Positions 37,993-38,069 of a stretch of 38,069 bases of DNA are shown here, in pieces. Made by a program: the position numbers and the translations under genes. Under the pieces are notes generated by a model. It saw only the letters and a program-made list of their open reading frames with translations, was not told the origin of the DNA and made no database searches. Every line of letters starts with the position of its first letter. Position 1 is the stretch's first letter. This stretch comes from a virus. The DNA lies in IMG/VR virus record IMGVR_UViG_3300045988_128374, positions 1-38,069 of that record. One strand, written 5' to 3'.

Positions 37993-38069
37993 TTAGAACT
38001 TGCCGTTGTCCGCAGCTTCCTGAATCGCAACTGCAACTGCTACTGTAGCACCAACCATTGGGTTATTAC
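37993..38069 (-). CDS. 3' end of an ORF entering from beyond the right edge (putative host target gene completed by phage DNA), partial
   Basis: The minus-strand frame is open from the window edge through the whole 55-bp repeat: ..NNPMVGATVAVAVAIQEA (core) then ADNGKF-stop (37993-37995) in phage-side DNA. Confidence 0.35.
   Translation of the reverse strand, partial: NNPMVGATVAVAVAIQEAADNGKF
38015..38069. repeat. Terminal 55-bp direct repeat, right copy (putative att core)
   Basis: It is identical to 1-55 and lies 146 bp downstream of the integrase stop. Confidence 0.9.

Larger units (their letters stand above)
1..38069. mobile_element. Complete temperate siphovirus-type prophage/phage genome with lysogeny, replication, packaging, head, tail and lysis modules
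   Basis: Ordered modules run from integrase/repressor to holin/endolysin. The element is bounded by identical 55-bp sequences. Gene order is lysis-att-int-repressor, as in temperate Gram-positive siphophages. Confidence 0.9.

Overview
The window is a complete ~38-kb temperate siphovirus-type phage or prophage. It has SPP1-like head genes and a long non-contractile tail. The host is probably a low-GC Gram-positive bacterium (GGAGG-type RBSs, TTG/GTG starts, GH25+LysM endolysin), but it cannot be named from this sequence.

The window starts and ends with the same 55-bp sequence (1-55 = 38015-38069). This repeat lies between the tyrosine integrase and the lysis cassette, and TGTACA(C/A) repeat clusters sit on both inner sides. 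It therefore looks like attL/attR cores of an integrated prophage. A circular genome opened inside attP is the less likely alternative.

Nearly all genes are on the minus strand. In transcription order they are:
- the cro-like switch gene (34291);
- early, recombination and replication genes: Xis-like HTH, SMC-like ATPase, SSAP, Cas4-like exonuclease, HNH-like protein, RusA, replisome organiser with internal 12-bp iterons, PcfK/PcfJ operon, MazG;
- a sigma-region-4-like late regulator;
- terS, terL, portal, gp7-ADP-ribosyltransferase fusion, scaffold, capsid, connectors, tail tube, chaperones, tape measure and a 1472-aa fibre;
- holin and endolysin.

The plus strand carries the lysogeny set: a cI-like repressor, a 73-aa HExxH mini ImmA-like protein, a 382-aa unknown cargo gene, the integrase, and a 116-aa membrane protein.

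The items most worth follow-up are:
1. An AT-rich, terminator-bracketed two-gene cassette (389 aa + 67 aa) inserted between the late activator and terS. It is a candidate uncharacterised defence or exclusion system.
2. A 16-bp perfect palindrome, GTTGCACCGGTGCAAC, present four times at module boundaries.
3. The 382-aa lysogeny-module cargo gene.
4. The virion gp7-ART toxin-domain fusion.
5. The iteron array inside the replication gene.

No tRNA, rRNA, CRISPR array or reverse transcriptase was seen. All family names come from motif recognition by eye and need HMM or structure confirmation.
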